From Octopus bimaculoides (lineage: Eukaryota), in assembly GCF_001194135.2 (NCBI RefSeq), contig NC_068981.1, positions 37,778,053-37,842,052 of the forward strand: a stretch of 64,000 nt of DNA, read 5' to 3'. The notes beneath the pieces were generated by a model. The model was not told the DNA's origin and searched no databases. It saw nothing but the letters and a program-made list of their open reading frames with translations. Both the position numbers and the translations under genes were made by a program. Shown here one piece after another: positions 52,270-64,000 of the stretch; within the stretch, counting starts at the first letter, position 1; each line of letters starts with the position of its first letter.

Positions 52270-55200
52270 GCCCTCCTAGGATTATTAAAAAAAAATTAAC
52301 TTTTTTGCTTTTCATATTGTTTTTTTCCTTAATATCCTTTTCTATTTCCATAAAAAATAGTCTGCATCAAAAGAGATACTATGCAAATAGCACTGGCCAT
52401 TGATCTCTATAAATATCACGGTTAGAAACATCATTAAATTTTATATTGCATTTAACCAAATCTACACTAATTTATGAAATGTATGTTATTCTCAAAGTTC
52501 CTCGAGTAGAGTAATGCATTGTAAGGTAGTAAGCTGACAGAATCATTAGCATGGTGAGCAAAATGCTTAGTGGCATTCCATCTGGTTTTTACATTCTGTG
52601 TTCGAAATTTCTTGGAAAATGAATTCCAAGTGTAAAATATAAAAGAGAATGGTAGACAGTGTATTTTACTAGAAATATAGTAATTAAAGTAATTAGTAAT
52701 GATGAAGCATATATTGTAAATAACTTTATATCTATCTTGTAATTCTATAAGTCTATACTATAATTCTTTCTAATTTAGGTACAAGTACAGCAATTTTGAG
52801 GGAAGCGTATGTTAATCAATAGTGTCAGTCTCAGTAATGGGTATTATTTTATTTTATTGACCCCAATTAGATTAAGAAAAAAAAAAAAACAGTTACCCAT
52901 GACAGGACTTGAACTTCAAAACAATAGAGCCAGAAGTAATATCAGAAGGCATTTTTATTCCATTTCCTGCCTGCACTTATAGATTGATCATAATGTTTCT
53001 TTTTTAATATAGAAACTATTAGTCTAAGCTTTTAATAAATTTTGCTTTTCATGATTTACATATTTTGTGCAAGTTAGATCTTGCTCTTTTTAATGTAGGT
53101 TTTATTCACTGCCATTGCTTGATGATCATGTTGGCATTTGGAGTTTATTGCAAGTTTCAAATTTATAGTCATTTTCAAATTTGTGTGACATCTATCACTT
53201 TTGAATATGATGGAAATTTAAAATTTCCTTTGTCAAAACATTAGAGTGTTGATCTAGCTGATGCAAAATGATTATCACACATACACTCTTATACATACTT
53301 GTTCAGGTGTGTGCACATACATTTTCAACAAATTTTCTGTACAACTTAGAAGGATTATGTGAATGATGTTAAGGTCTTGGAGCTAGCAAAAATTAAAGGT
53401 TTTCTTGTGACTTAGCAGACTTAGGTTGATCAAGCACATAGTTTGTATGCAAGATGAAAACATATATCAAAATGTCGACTTCATTGAGATGTATGTTCTG
53501 TGAAACTATCTCCTTTGACAAAGTTAACATACAAGAGCTGCCTTTAATCCCATCTAAAAAATGCAATATTCATGTGTTAAGTTGGGAAAATTATTGTCAA
53601 TAATAGGGCACCATAGAGAAAAATATACACTGAATGCATCCATGCATTTTGAAAAGAATTGCATTAAACCAAACAGGTAAAATGAAAGTTGAAGCAAAAG
53701 GTAAAAAACCCTTAAGCTCCTGGTATCTTGTAATATTTTATACTTGTGCTCATCAAATTGCTCAACAAAGTGAATTTTGTTAAAAGAGTCAATTTAGAAT
53801 ATTTATATTTTGATTCTGCATTCACAAATTAACTTTTTCCCTAATCTCTGGAAGTTTCAGACCTGCATGCCTTAGTGCTCATGCTTTAATTCAGTTTGTA
53901 TTTCACTCTTCATTTCTTTCTAGCTTTCACTACCCAAAAATTATTCACTTGCATTTTGTCATACCATGTCAAACCTGCAATGGCTCTTTGAGTCAATGCA
54001 AAAAATATTCCTCCATGAAGACATGATACCACTTTCAACTGAGCAATTTACTCACTGCATATTTCAATGTAACAATCTTATAACTGATTGTCTTTATTTT
54101 TGACAGCAGTCAAAACCCCCAAAATTACTACAAATGCTATACTTCACACTTATTGATCTTTACTGGTGATTTCACATATATGGCAACAAAAGGTCCATCT
54201 CAAGGACTACATAACTTTACCCTTCATAGCTAAAAATTACTTCTACCCAAACAAAACTGCTAATTGTCTGTCTTTGTAAAGCTAAAGTATAGCCCACAAT
54301 GTAATACTAATTCTACACAACTTCAGAACTAAGCACTCTGACATTAACACAAGAACATTGAAGGCCAGGAGAATTATGATTATCGATTCTTCTATTTTGA
54401 AACTCTAAAAGGTGAAACACTCCCATCCAGATGATACCAGACAGAAATTCCAGCTGAAATTTGATGTATTGATTGCAGAATAGATTCAATATAAAGCTTG
54501 AATCAGATCGTAACAAGAACATCTCCTTTAACACCCTGTTAAATAAAAAAATATGGGAAAATGTTCCCTTTCAAGAGAATCTGTTTTGAAGAGCTTTACT
54601 TAAGTGGTAATATGGACACTGAAATGTTCCACAAACTTTTGATAACCACAGCCCTGTGGAAAACTCATTCTCTAATGGTGAAACTGCTTATGAAGCTAAT
54701 TGAGTTTAATAACTAATGCAACAGTTGAGAGAATTTCTCTATGATAAAACATCAGCTGAAGGTACACAAATTAACAATGGCACACCAAAAGCTAAATAGA
54801 TTTTCTCTTAAGGTAATTGAAAATGATATTCTGAACAACTTACAATTTATTAATATTTTGGAGAAATTTGTTTCCAAGAAATTACATGTCGCAAATTCTT
54901 GAGTGTTAATTGTGGTTATTCTTTGCAAAATAAGTGTAATATTTCTTTAAACTTTTCCTTATAAAAATATCACTCGCATGTGCATAGTGATTGTAGTGCA
55001 GAGATCTACAATATTTTGACCAGTCTCTTGTGGTACAATCTGCATAGGAACAATTGTCCTTAAAGGTGACAGCAAACAGGTTATTGTATAGAAGAAAGAG
55101 TGTAAGAGTCATGACCAAGTTCTGCTGAATACTAAAGATTTTGGAGTGTTCTTTAGAAAGAACCCCATCAGTGAGCATTGCAACTGGAAAATCTCACAGA

Positions 55201-55289
55201 CTCTGATGCAGATGTGAATGAAACCCATAGATGAGACCAACACCAGAATATCTTATTGGATACTTTACTCCAGGTCTTGTTAGATAGAA

Positions 55290-55415
55290 TGGCATGTAAA
55301 AAGCACCATTTGAGTGTGACTGATACAACCTTCTGGCTCACCACCCCTCAGTCAAACCGTCCAACTCATGCCAACATGGAAAGCGGATGTTAAACGACGA
55401 CGGTGATGATGATGA
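55290..55415 (+). mobile_element. RTE-tail SINE 3' fragment
   Basis: ggcatgtaaaaagcacc...gtcaaaccgtccaactcatgccaacatggaaagcggatgttaaacgacgacggtgatgat. Confidence 0.7.
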
Positions 55416-56849
55416 TATATTTATATATACACACTGTATGTATGCATGAATATGTGCAGGTTTCTATGTTTTGATTTATGTACATCTTTTCATGCATTTA
55501 GTTGCATATATAGACATGCTCATATATACTTAAATGATAAACTTCTGGAAAGCTTCACAGATGTTTACAGTTCCCAAATCAACTTTTTCCTTTCTGGTTT
55601 TGAGAGGCCTAATTTCTCAAGATTGGTATTTAGGCAGTGTTACATATCCCAGAGTCCCAATAATTACATGTATAAAGCTGAACTCGTATTCTGTATGATG
55701 TATGTATGTAAGTATGTATGTATGTATGTATGTATGTATGTATGTATGTATGTATGTATGTATAAAACAGAATTAAGCTATCACAGATATGAAGCAAGTT
55801 TATATTTATCATTGTTGTTTATCTTATATAGTCCTGGTCAGCTCCAAGGTAATCTTGGTGCCACAAGAGACGTCTGATGAAATCAAATTCTACTCAACCA
55901 GGAGATAAATTACACTGGTTTATTGGTCTAGAATAATGCTAAAACAATAGATATTGTGTGAAAACTCTTTAAGATTAGTAATATATTGAGGAGGCTAAAT
56001 TTCAAGTGTGTATTCATTAGCAATCTTCTTTGATGTAGCATCAAGAGCATTCAAGAGGATAGATATGTGAAAATTATTAGACAAATAGAAATAATGGTTA
56101 GCAAATACTTCTTTATTACTTTACACTCTTTAATGGTTCTAGAATTTAGTCTGAAAGAAGATCTGAATTATGCATGTTGTAACATTTTACTTGTTTCAAC
56201 TTGAGAATAGATGTCGTTCCCTTCTCAATCCACTGGGAATAAAAATAAAATGCAAAACAATTTTGAGAATATCCTTTGTTTCAGTACGTGTTAGCATACT
56301 AAGGTGTAAGTTAATAATTTGAGTCACTGTTTATGTAACACACACACACACACATGCACGTAAATGGCAATGCATTGAAATTACTGTGGAGAAAAAAATT
56401 CTCTCTTCTGGTAAAAGGTATAAAAACACCACATCTGTCTAAGGTTGCACTCTATCATATTTTCAGGGGCAGTAGTTTTAGCTCTTTAGCTGTCATCAAT
56501 GGGAGATACTAAAAAGAGATAACTCTGGGCAGGTTTCCAGCCATAGCTATAACCAAAAACACAGCCAACAACATTGTGTTGTGCTATTGGACTGCCAGGT
56601 CAAGAGAAATTCAACGGTATCAGTGCCATGCAGTGTTTATGCATAAGCAAGCTTTAGGTTAGTCAAAATATGTTTTGCCATACAAGAGAATTTTTTTTTC
56701 TTCACAGAAATTGCAGTAAATTTTCCTTTAGAAGTTGAAATATGCCACAAGCATATTTTAACTAACCTAAAATTCACTTATGCCTAAACATTACTTGGCA
56801 CTGATACTGCTGAGTATATATATACTGTAATTCTTGGTGAATTAATTTG

Positions 56850-57271
56850 ATGTTCCTCCATAATATGCAGATTCTCATATCACCATAAGGTGCAAATGTA
56901 GCAATTAATTGTGTGACATTTAATTTAAACGAAGCCTTATTTCTCAGAAAAATCTTTGTTGGAAAGTATGCATCTTCCACATATCTTACCAAGTACCACT
57001 CACAAGTGACAGAGTGAAAGCAAGTTGCATTCAAGTGATGATAAGTCACATTAGCACAACTGTTTGAAACTCTTTTTAAACTGTCAGCTCTTGAATTGTG
57101 TTTTCAATCTGTTTGTAGCACTTTAGAATACATTTCCTTTGTTCAAAGCTTGGTCTGGCTCCCTTCATTATTTCTCATGGGTTAACTCTAAGAAGAAATG
57201 AAATTTAAATGATTTATCAGCTGGTAATTTGTGTATAAATGGTTTGCGGGTGGGGGAACACTGTTACTCTG
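56850..57271 (-). mobile_element. Decayed Tc1/mariner element of the DUF4817-HTH type
   Basis: Minus strand MKGARPSFEQRKCILKCYKQIENT (ATG at 57168), and CEWYLVRYVEDAYFPTKIFLRNKASFKLN, which resembles the FCEW...W(S/T)DEAxFxLNG segment. TA-cag end at ~57271. Confidence 0.7.
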
Positions 57272-59182
57272 TATATACAACACACACACACACACGCACG
57301 CACACACACACACACACACCTGTATACACATATATATACATATAAATGTGCGTGTGTGTGTATTCAATCTGTATAGCAGTGGTTAACTCTCTATTATAAT
57401 ACATACATACATACATACGTATCTTAATAATGGTAATAATAATGATAATAATAATAAACAATTTTACTTATGGAGAAAACACCAACAAATTCAAAATATA
57501 TTTTAGTGACAAATTTATTGACTCCAAGCATTGGCAATAATTATAAGAGATTACATTTATTATGAAAATGTCACAATGAATCTAGAGAATTAATGATCAA
57601 CTATTTCAAACCCCAAATACATTATTTTATTAAAATGAAAATTATAAGATGAGAGAAAGACATTTAGTATTTTCTATCACCACAATTGATAGGGAGAAGA
57701 TAACAAATATTAAATCAGCAGCTATTTTGTATAATTTTGACACAAATTATAATCTGTTTCCTTACTTTAATGACTGCTATAACATATTATTATAAAACCA
57801 AGGAAAACTTTATGGGATAGATTTAAAAGAATCAGTATAAGAAAAATCCAAATTAAAGGAACAAAAGAAAAATAAAAGCAGCCTAAGCGAACATACTAAA
57901 ATTTGATTGATTCAAGACAATAAAGTTTATGACTTCAGATATTTCAGCATGAATTTCAGAATCAGTAAATTTCCTAAAAGCTGGAAGTTACTTAGGTTGG
58001 AAGAGAAAAAATTACATTTTTACAATACATGAACTCACAATTTTCCATTATATTTCTTTATAGTTATTTAATGTGAATACTACAATGCTGCAAGCTTTAC
58101 TCAAAATGTACAGCAGACTATCAATAACTGTACAATTTCCATTTTAAAGTTTGCTGTCCACTTGAATGTAGCTTCCAGCTTGTGTATATTTATATAAAAC
58201 AATTGATGGAACAATTTTATAGAAAAAATTTTGTTTCACTAGCAAATACAACAGTTTACCAAGTTTTGTTACATTTAAAAAGAATTGTAAGCTGCTGATT
58301 CTTCATTCCAACCTATTACTATATTCTGTCTGAATTCAACACCCTTTTCAGACTTGTTCATCCTATAAAACCTTCTGTATCTCTCAGAAGGAACCAGAAT
58401 TCCTTTTAATACAGAAGATGCAGCTTTCTACTGGCAAACAAGCATGAGAGAATGCCGAGAAGCATGACAATAAAATGTTCCTAACCCACAGAATATCAGA
58501 ACACCATAGTAAAGCTTTTTGTGCCAGATAAGTTCATTTGACAAATCAACATTACATACTTGCTGTAGCTTTTATTTCACAAATAGTTTTAAATCATTTA
58601 AAAGACAACAAACCTAAAAGTAGTGCTGCTTTTCAAAAGACAAACCATGGAAAGAAAAGAATATTTTTAAGAATAAAAAGTTTGATGTTGTTCTACATAA
58701 TCAACATTATAAAGAAGAGAGTTTATAAATTATGCCTCTTTGATAAGATAGCTGTTGGAAAGCAATGTTTGATTAACGATGTACCCAGGAGCAACCAGTT
58801 TTGAGTTCAATGGACGAGGTTTGATGAAAGATAATACTTGAATTTCTCTACTGAATAATGGTTAATAACAAGTAGTTCACATACTACATCATTCATCTTC
58901 AGTCTGAGACTGAGTAGTTCCTTCATAAGATATTCAGCAAAGCTCAGTAGATTGACTGGATCACCACCAGTACAAAGTTCATTAAAACATTGATCTCCAT
59001 TTAAGTACTAGAATCGGTTTAACTGCCTCTGCTTTAGTCTCCAAATTCATAGGCTTAATGCAATAGAGTGGCATAAATTATAGAATGCTGCATTTAAATC
59101 ATTTAACTTCAACGGGAGTTAAAGTGATTTCATTTAAATGATTTTAGAATTTTAACCCTCAAATAAATAAATACTTTAGTTG

Positions 59183-59397
59183 CTCTTTTTCTCTTTTACT
59201 TGTTTCAGTCATTTGACTGCAGTCATGCTGGAGAACCACCTTTAGTCGAGCAAATCGACCCCAGAACTTATTCTTTGTAAGCCTAGTATTTATTCTATTG
59301 GTCACTTTTGCCGAACTGCTAAGTTACTGGATGTAAACACACCAGCATCAGTCGTCAAGCGATGTTGGAGAGACAAACACAGACACACAAACACACA

Positions 59398-59491
<94 letters not shown>

Positions 59492-59649
59492 TATATATGA
59501 TGGGCTTCTTTTAGTTTCCATCTACCAAATCCACTCACAAGGCTTTGGTTGGCTCGAGGTTATAGTAGAAGACACTTGCCCAAGGTACCACACAGTGGGG
59601 CTGAACCCGGAACCATATGGTTGGTAAGGAAGCTACTTACCACACAGCC
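59183..59649 (-). mobile_element. Full-length tRNA-SINE (28817 family) with expanded internal (TA)n
   Basis: Complete reverse-complement copy with an ~80-bp (TA)n at the internal microsatellite position. Confidence 0.92.
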
Positions 59650-59738
59650 TTTCTTATGTAAAAGTTTCAAATCCATTCTTTTATATTTCACACACCCATA
59701 GCATCATCTAAGCTGGTGGGCTAACTCAGTTGATGCAA

Positions 59739-59790
59739 CTGATGAAAGCTAATCTTTCATGAAGGACTAGCTTGCAAATAGCAGCTTCTA
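59739..59790 (+). ncRNA. Degenerate hammerhead-like motif with long stem II
   Basis: CTGATGA (59739-59745) is followed immediately by a 13-bp hairpin (59746-59773; 1 mismatch, 1 GU) and then GCAAA. Stems I and III are not convincingly formed. Confidence 0.3.
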
Positions 59791-61315
59791 AAGGTACTCA
59801 GTGTACTGAATAGTATTAGGTAATTTCTAGGACAAAGAGGAAACTGATATGGACAACAACCTTATGGTTGTTGTTGTTGCTTAGTTCCAAGTCAACCATC
59901 ATGGTAGCAGAACTCTGAAAAGTCCTTTCACCTTAGGGCATTCCCTTTTTTTTGTATGTATATTAGGGTCTAATTCTCCTTCTTTATATTATTCTTTAAG
60001 ATAGTGGTGTGTCATTTGAGGGAGATTTGCTTGCTATTTCTAGAAGTTTGAGTAACCACTTAGAGACTCCCTTATTGGCTTTTATGATGATGATTTTCAT
60101 CATGAGTGTGAAAAGCAAAAATTCAAAATTTTGTAAACTTTTCACATTAACTGCCAGAACTGATTTAAATAGTAATTACTTTCAAATACACATTCTCAAA
60201 TAAGATAAATTTGTTTCTTAAGAGACAATTACATAAAACTTAATGTTTAACAGTTTCTGTCAACTTTGCAGAACTGAGTTTTGAAAATTCACTGCTCGAT
60301 ATTCAATGACTAAACCACTTCAAATCTTTGTAAAGTGGCAGATTTTGTTTAAGCCAGAAGATTACTTTCAGATAATGAATAAATATTGGTTAGCCACAGC
60401 AATATTCTGCACTGAATTAAACGCTACTAACAAAATTGCTATATAACAGAACACATACTTGCATTCCTTAGATTATTAACCCAGCTTGGGAGGTTAAGAA
60501 CCAACCATTTCCTCAGTAATCATCTAACCCCCATCTTAAAGTTGTTTCTGGCTCCTAATTCTTAGTATTTTGGCTTCCCTTCTTTTTTTATTTTGGTTTA
60601 AATAATAATAATTATTATTTTCTTCCTTTCACATACTGATTGCTTCACAATAAAGAAGTGTTGGCAACAAGGAATTGATGTTTGAAAGCAGTCAAGAATG
60701 AGGTAAACCATAGATGATTCAGGCTAGCAGAAAAACCAATTAAGGATGGAGAAAGACATCACTGCTGGTCAATTCGTCTCATACAGCTCTAGAAAAAAGA
60801 ATATGTAAAATTGATAATGTTCTGTGTTTCTGACGGTGTTATTATCATTGACTGACACAGTAGCAATTTCAATTTTAGGCTCTGTTTTGTTTCTTACATA
60901 GGTAATAATTGGCATTTCACAGAAGGGTAATGAAAATGTTTCATTCTTTTTCCAAGTATATTAGCAACATAGATTAATTGAAACAGTTCCATTCCATCTT
61001 GGAATAAAAACCACATTACAAAATAGACTTGCCAAGAACTTAACATCACAATAGAATATCTATTATTTATTGCTTCTTTCATTTTATATTATACAATTGT
61101 GGATGATAGCATCATTGGTATTAAGTTTCCAATGGACCCATCACTGGTTCACTGCATTTCTAGTTGCAAGAGTGACAAGGAATTATGTGTGCAACTCAGG
61201 TACTATAATTACTACAAGATATTTTTGTTCAATACATCAGTTTATTGAGAGTTGTCTTGCCAATGTGTATATTTTCTGACAACATTGTTGCACATAAATC
61301 ACATAAATGACTGTG

Positions 61316-61368
<53 letters not shown>

Positions 61369-61378
61369 CTATATCTAT

Positions 61379-61420
<42 letters not shown>

Positions 61421-61424
61421 GCAG

Positions 61425-61606
61425 GTGGCACGTAAAAGCACCCACTACACTCTCAGAGTGGTCGGCATTATGAAGGGCATCCAACTGTATAAACTCTACC
61501 AAATCAGATTGGAGCCTGGTGTTGCCACCTGGTCCACCAGTCCTCAGTCAAATCGTCCAACCCATGCTAGCATAGAAAGCGGACGTTAAACGATGATGAT
61601 GATGAT
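61425..61606 (+). mobile_element. Young RTE-tail SINE copy (5'-truncated)
   Basis: ggtggcacgtaaaagcacccactacactctc...gaagggcatcc...cagtcaaatcgtccaacccatgctagcatagaaagcggacgttaaacgatgatgat. Confidence 0.9.
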
Positions 61607-62276
61607 ATATATATATATATATGTGTCAGGTCGTTCGAGTACTACTGGTAGTATGTAATCCAGTACAATTTGTTGCATGGTTGGGTCGTTGGTGACTAAA
61701 CGGGCAACCCCACCAGGCTTGTTTAGTGATGTGGGTATTATTGGACACCCTATGGGATGAAAAATAAGGCCTGTCAAAGAGTAGAGGAACTCATGAGGAG
61801 TCAACGGCCATCCAACAAAATGTCTGTAAATATGTATATATCTTTTTCTTATATGTATATATATGTATATTTTTACTTTTATGTATATATTATTGAGATT
61901 TAAATCTTACATTATTTTTTCAATTGCATATCTTTTACTTTGTTTATATTTATATATTTATATAAAGCATCAACCTGCTAGAAATGATGTTTTTCTGTAT
62001 CCTTATGCTTTGTGATAATTTTGTATATTATAGCTAAATAATGGTATTTGCCTGTGAACCTCCTATGTTACTACTGTTGATACCATCAATTTTAAATTTT
62101 ATCCAAACTTGATATTAACAATAGTAACATCTTATTTAAAACCTTAGTGTTTGAATGTTTTGTTCATATATATATATAAATATGTGAGAAGGTCTGTGAG
62201 AATTACTTAATATAGTTCGCAGATTTGAAGTGTACAGGTAATTGTTTTTCAAAAAATTATTTAAAAAATTGATACG

Positions 62277-62790
62277 TTATTTATATTTGACGGATATTTA
62301 CTCTTATCTTGTTTGTTGTTAACACAATGTTTTGGCTGATATACCCTCAAGCCTTCAACAGGTATCTTGGGGAAATTTCGAACCTGGGTTCTCATTCCTA
62401 AGGTATTTTTCGATGTTATTATTATTATTATTATTATCATTATTATTATTCAAGTCACCACCTCGAATTGAACTCAGCATCTTGGGGTTAGTGTGCCCAT
62501 GGGCATATGGCATAGAGGTTAAGAGTGCAGGCTATTAACCCCAATATTCTGAGTTCAATTCGAAGCAGTGACCTGAATAATAATAATGATGATGATAATA
62601 ATAATAATAATAATAATCATAATAATAATAATAATAATAACATCGAAAAATACCTTGGGAATGAGACCCCAAGTTCAAAATTTCCCCAAGACACCTCATG
62701 AAGGCTGGAGGGTATATCAGTTGAAATGTTGTGTTGACAACAAACAAGATGAGAACAAATATTCGTCAAATGTAAATAATGTAAAAAAAA
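62277..62790. mobile_element. Palindromic pair of tRNA-headed SINE-like elements with hammerhead-ribozyme 3' region
   Basis: Plus copy 62501-62790: A box tggcatagagg 62508-62518, B box gttcaattc 62553-62561, (AAT)n, hammerhead 62690-62735. Inverted 5'-truncated copy 62277-62492 with hammerhead 62321-62366. Confidence 0.8.
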
Positions 62791-63311
62791 TCTTTTAACA
62801 GGATGTTACTAACCTCTTTGGGGAAGTTTTTTTCCTAGTGTGTGAGAGGTTTTGATATATATACATAAATATATGTTGCCGGCATGGAACTCGGATGTTA
62901 AATGATGATGATGATGATGATGATGATGGTAATACACACAGACACACATTAGACTTCTGAATAGTATCTCTCCACTATATTTATTAAAAAGACATTAGTA
63001 AATCTATCTGATACTATGTAGAAGACACTTGCTTAAGATGCCCCGTAGGGAGGCAGAACCCAAAACAAAGTGGCTATAAGGTAAAAAAAAACTCTTTACT
63101 GCACAACCATACATTTATCATTTCCAAGTAATCTTGTCTTTTGTGTATTTGATCTGTTTATATCATTGACCAACATGGTTGGTTGTTACTCATGTTTTTC
63201 AGTGTTACTAATAAGAAGAGAAATGCTAGTTGTTGTGGGTGATATTCAGATAGTTCAGTACCTCGTAGTATCTAATGATATCCCTTTATTTTCTGAATTA
63301 AAATTCTACTA

Positions 63312-63438
63312 CAGGGTGTCCACAAAGTCTGGGTACATGGGGATTAATACATACTTTAAGACATTATTATTTCTTATATTTAATTGTTTATGTTATGATT
63401 TTATTTACTCCATGTACCCAGACTTTGTGGACACCCTG
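63312..63438. mobile_element. 127-bp Tc1/mariner-type MITE
   Basis: Perfect 29-bp TIR cagggtgtccacaaagtctgggtacatgg, flanked by TA on both sides. Confidence 0.92.
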
Positions 63439-63597
63439 TACAATAGAATTCACTTTCAATAAGTCTAGGTTTCATTCTTTTAAGATTCATAAAATATGAC
63501 TGAGAAGAGTTGTCTACTTCACTCTAAACTTTCTAAGCTTCCTTTTGTGGGATAAATCTAGTTAATTCTAAAGGTAGTGAATTGGCTTAGTAACTAC

Positions 63598-64000
63598 AAT
63601 CATCATCATCATCATCATCGTTTAACGTCCGCTTTCCATGCTAGCATGGGTTGGACGATTTGACTGAGGACTTGTGAAACCGGATGGCAACACCAGGCTC
63701 CAATCTAAATTTGGCAGAGTTTCTACAGCTGGATGCCCTTCCTAACGCCAACCACTCAGAGAGTGTAGTGGGTGCTTTTACGTGTCACCTGCACGAAGGC
63801 CAGTCAGGTGGTACTAGCAACGGCCACGCACGAAATGGTGTCTTTTATGTGCCACCCGCACAAGAGCCAGTCCAGGGGCACTGGCAACGATCTCGCTCGA
63901 AAACCCTACAAAGGCCAGTCAGGCGGTACTGGCAACGGTCACGCTCAAAATGGTACATCTTATGTGCCACCCGCACAAGAGCCAGCCCAGGGGCACTGGC
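63598..64000 (-). mobile_element. Young RTE-tail SINE with internal tandem ~115-bp units, running off the window end
   Basis: (atc)n tail and CpG-rich body. Unit aaggccagtcagg...ggggcactggc repeats at 63796 and 63911. Confidence 0.9.

Noticed and set aside
54906-55178. 90-aa minus-strand ORF in unique sequence (MLTDGVLSKEHSKIF...)
   Set aside because: No recognisable homology, ambiguous splice sites, and alternative frames nearby look equally protein-like. The length is attainable by chance.
62501-62575. tRNA gene call for the tRNA-like head (also the heads at 15837 and 28817)
   Set aside because: There is no complete acceptor stem or cloverleaf, and each head continues into a SINE body. 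These are SINE heads, not tRNA genes.
488-62798. Dozens of ORF-track ORFs rich in YI/CV/HT/ER/poly-I, poly-D or poly-X
   Set aside because: They are translations of microsatellites or N gaps, with no coding signal.
1-64000. CRISPR arrays, rRNA, operon-like or prokaryotic/viral systems
   Set aside because: No regularly spaced repeat-spacer arrays, no rRNA-like sequence and no gene-dense segment. The window is eukaryotic intronic or intergenic DNA.

Overview
This is AT-rich, microsatellite-dense eukaryotic DNA from a gapped short-read scaffold with ten N gaps. The repeat families look like those of Octopus, which I recognise from memory rather than from a database search. No intact protein-coding gene can be identified, and nearly all ORF-track entries are artefacts of microsatellites or N gaps. 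The window is a graveyard of transposable elements: several tRNA-derived and RTE-tailed SINE families, a decayed RTE LINE, Tc1/mariner elements and MITEs, TTAA (piggyBac-type) MITEs, a deleted hAT (hATm-type) element, and a composite Helitron with a PIF1-helicase C-terminal remnant. The most unusual signal is a set of minimal Penelope-type hammerhead-ribozyme motifs from several unrelated repeat families. One of them (899-934, minus) has an intact core. A ~510-bp palindrome at 62277-62790 consists of two inverted copies of a tRNA-headed (Pol III A/B box) SINE-like element whose 3' part is a hammerhead ribozyme. Scattered splice-flanked candidate exons, mostly on the minus strand, may belong to a large host gene but cannot be confirmed from sequence alone.
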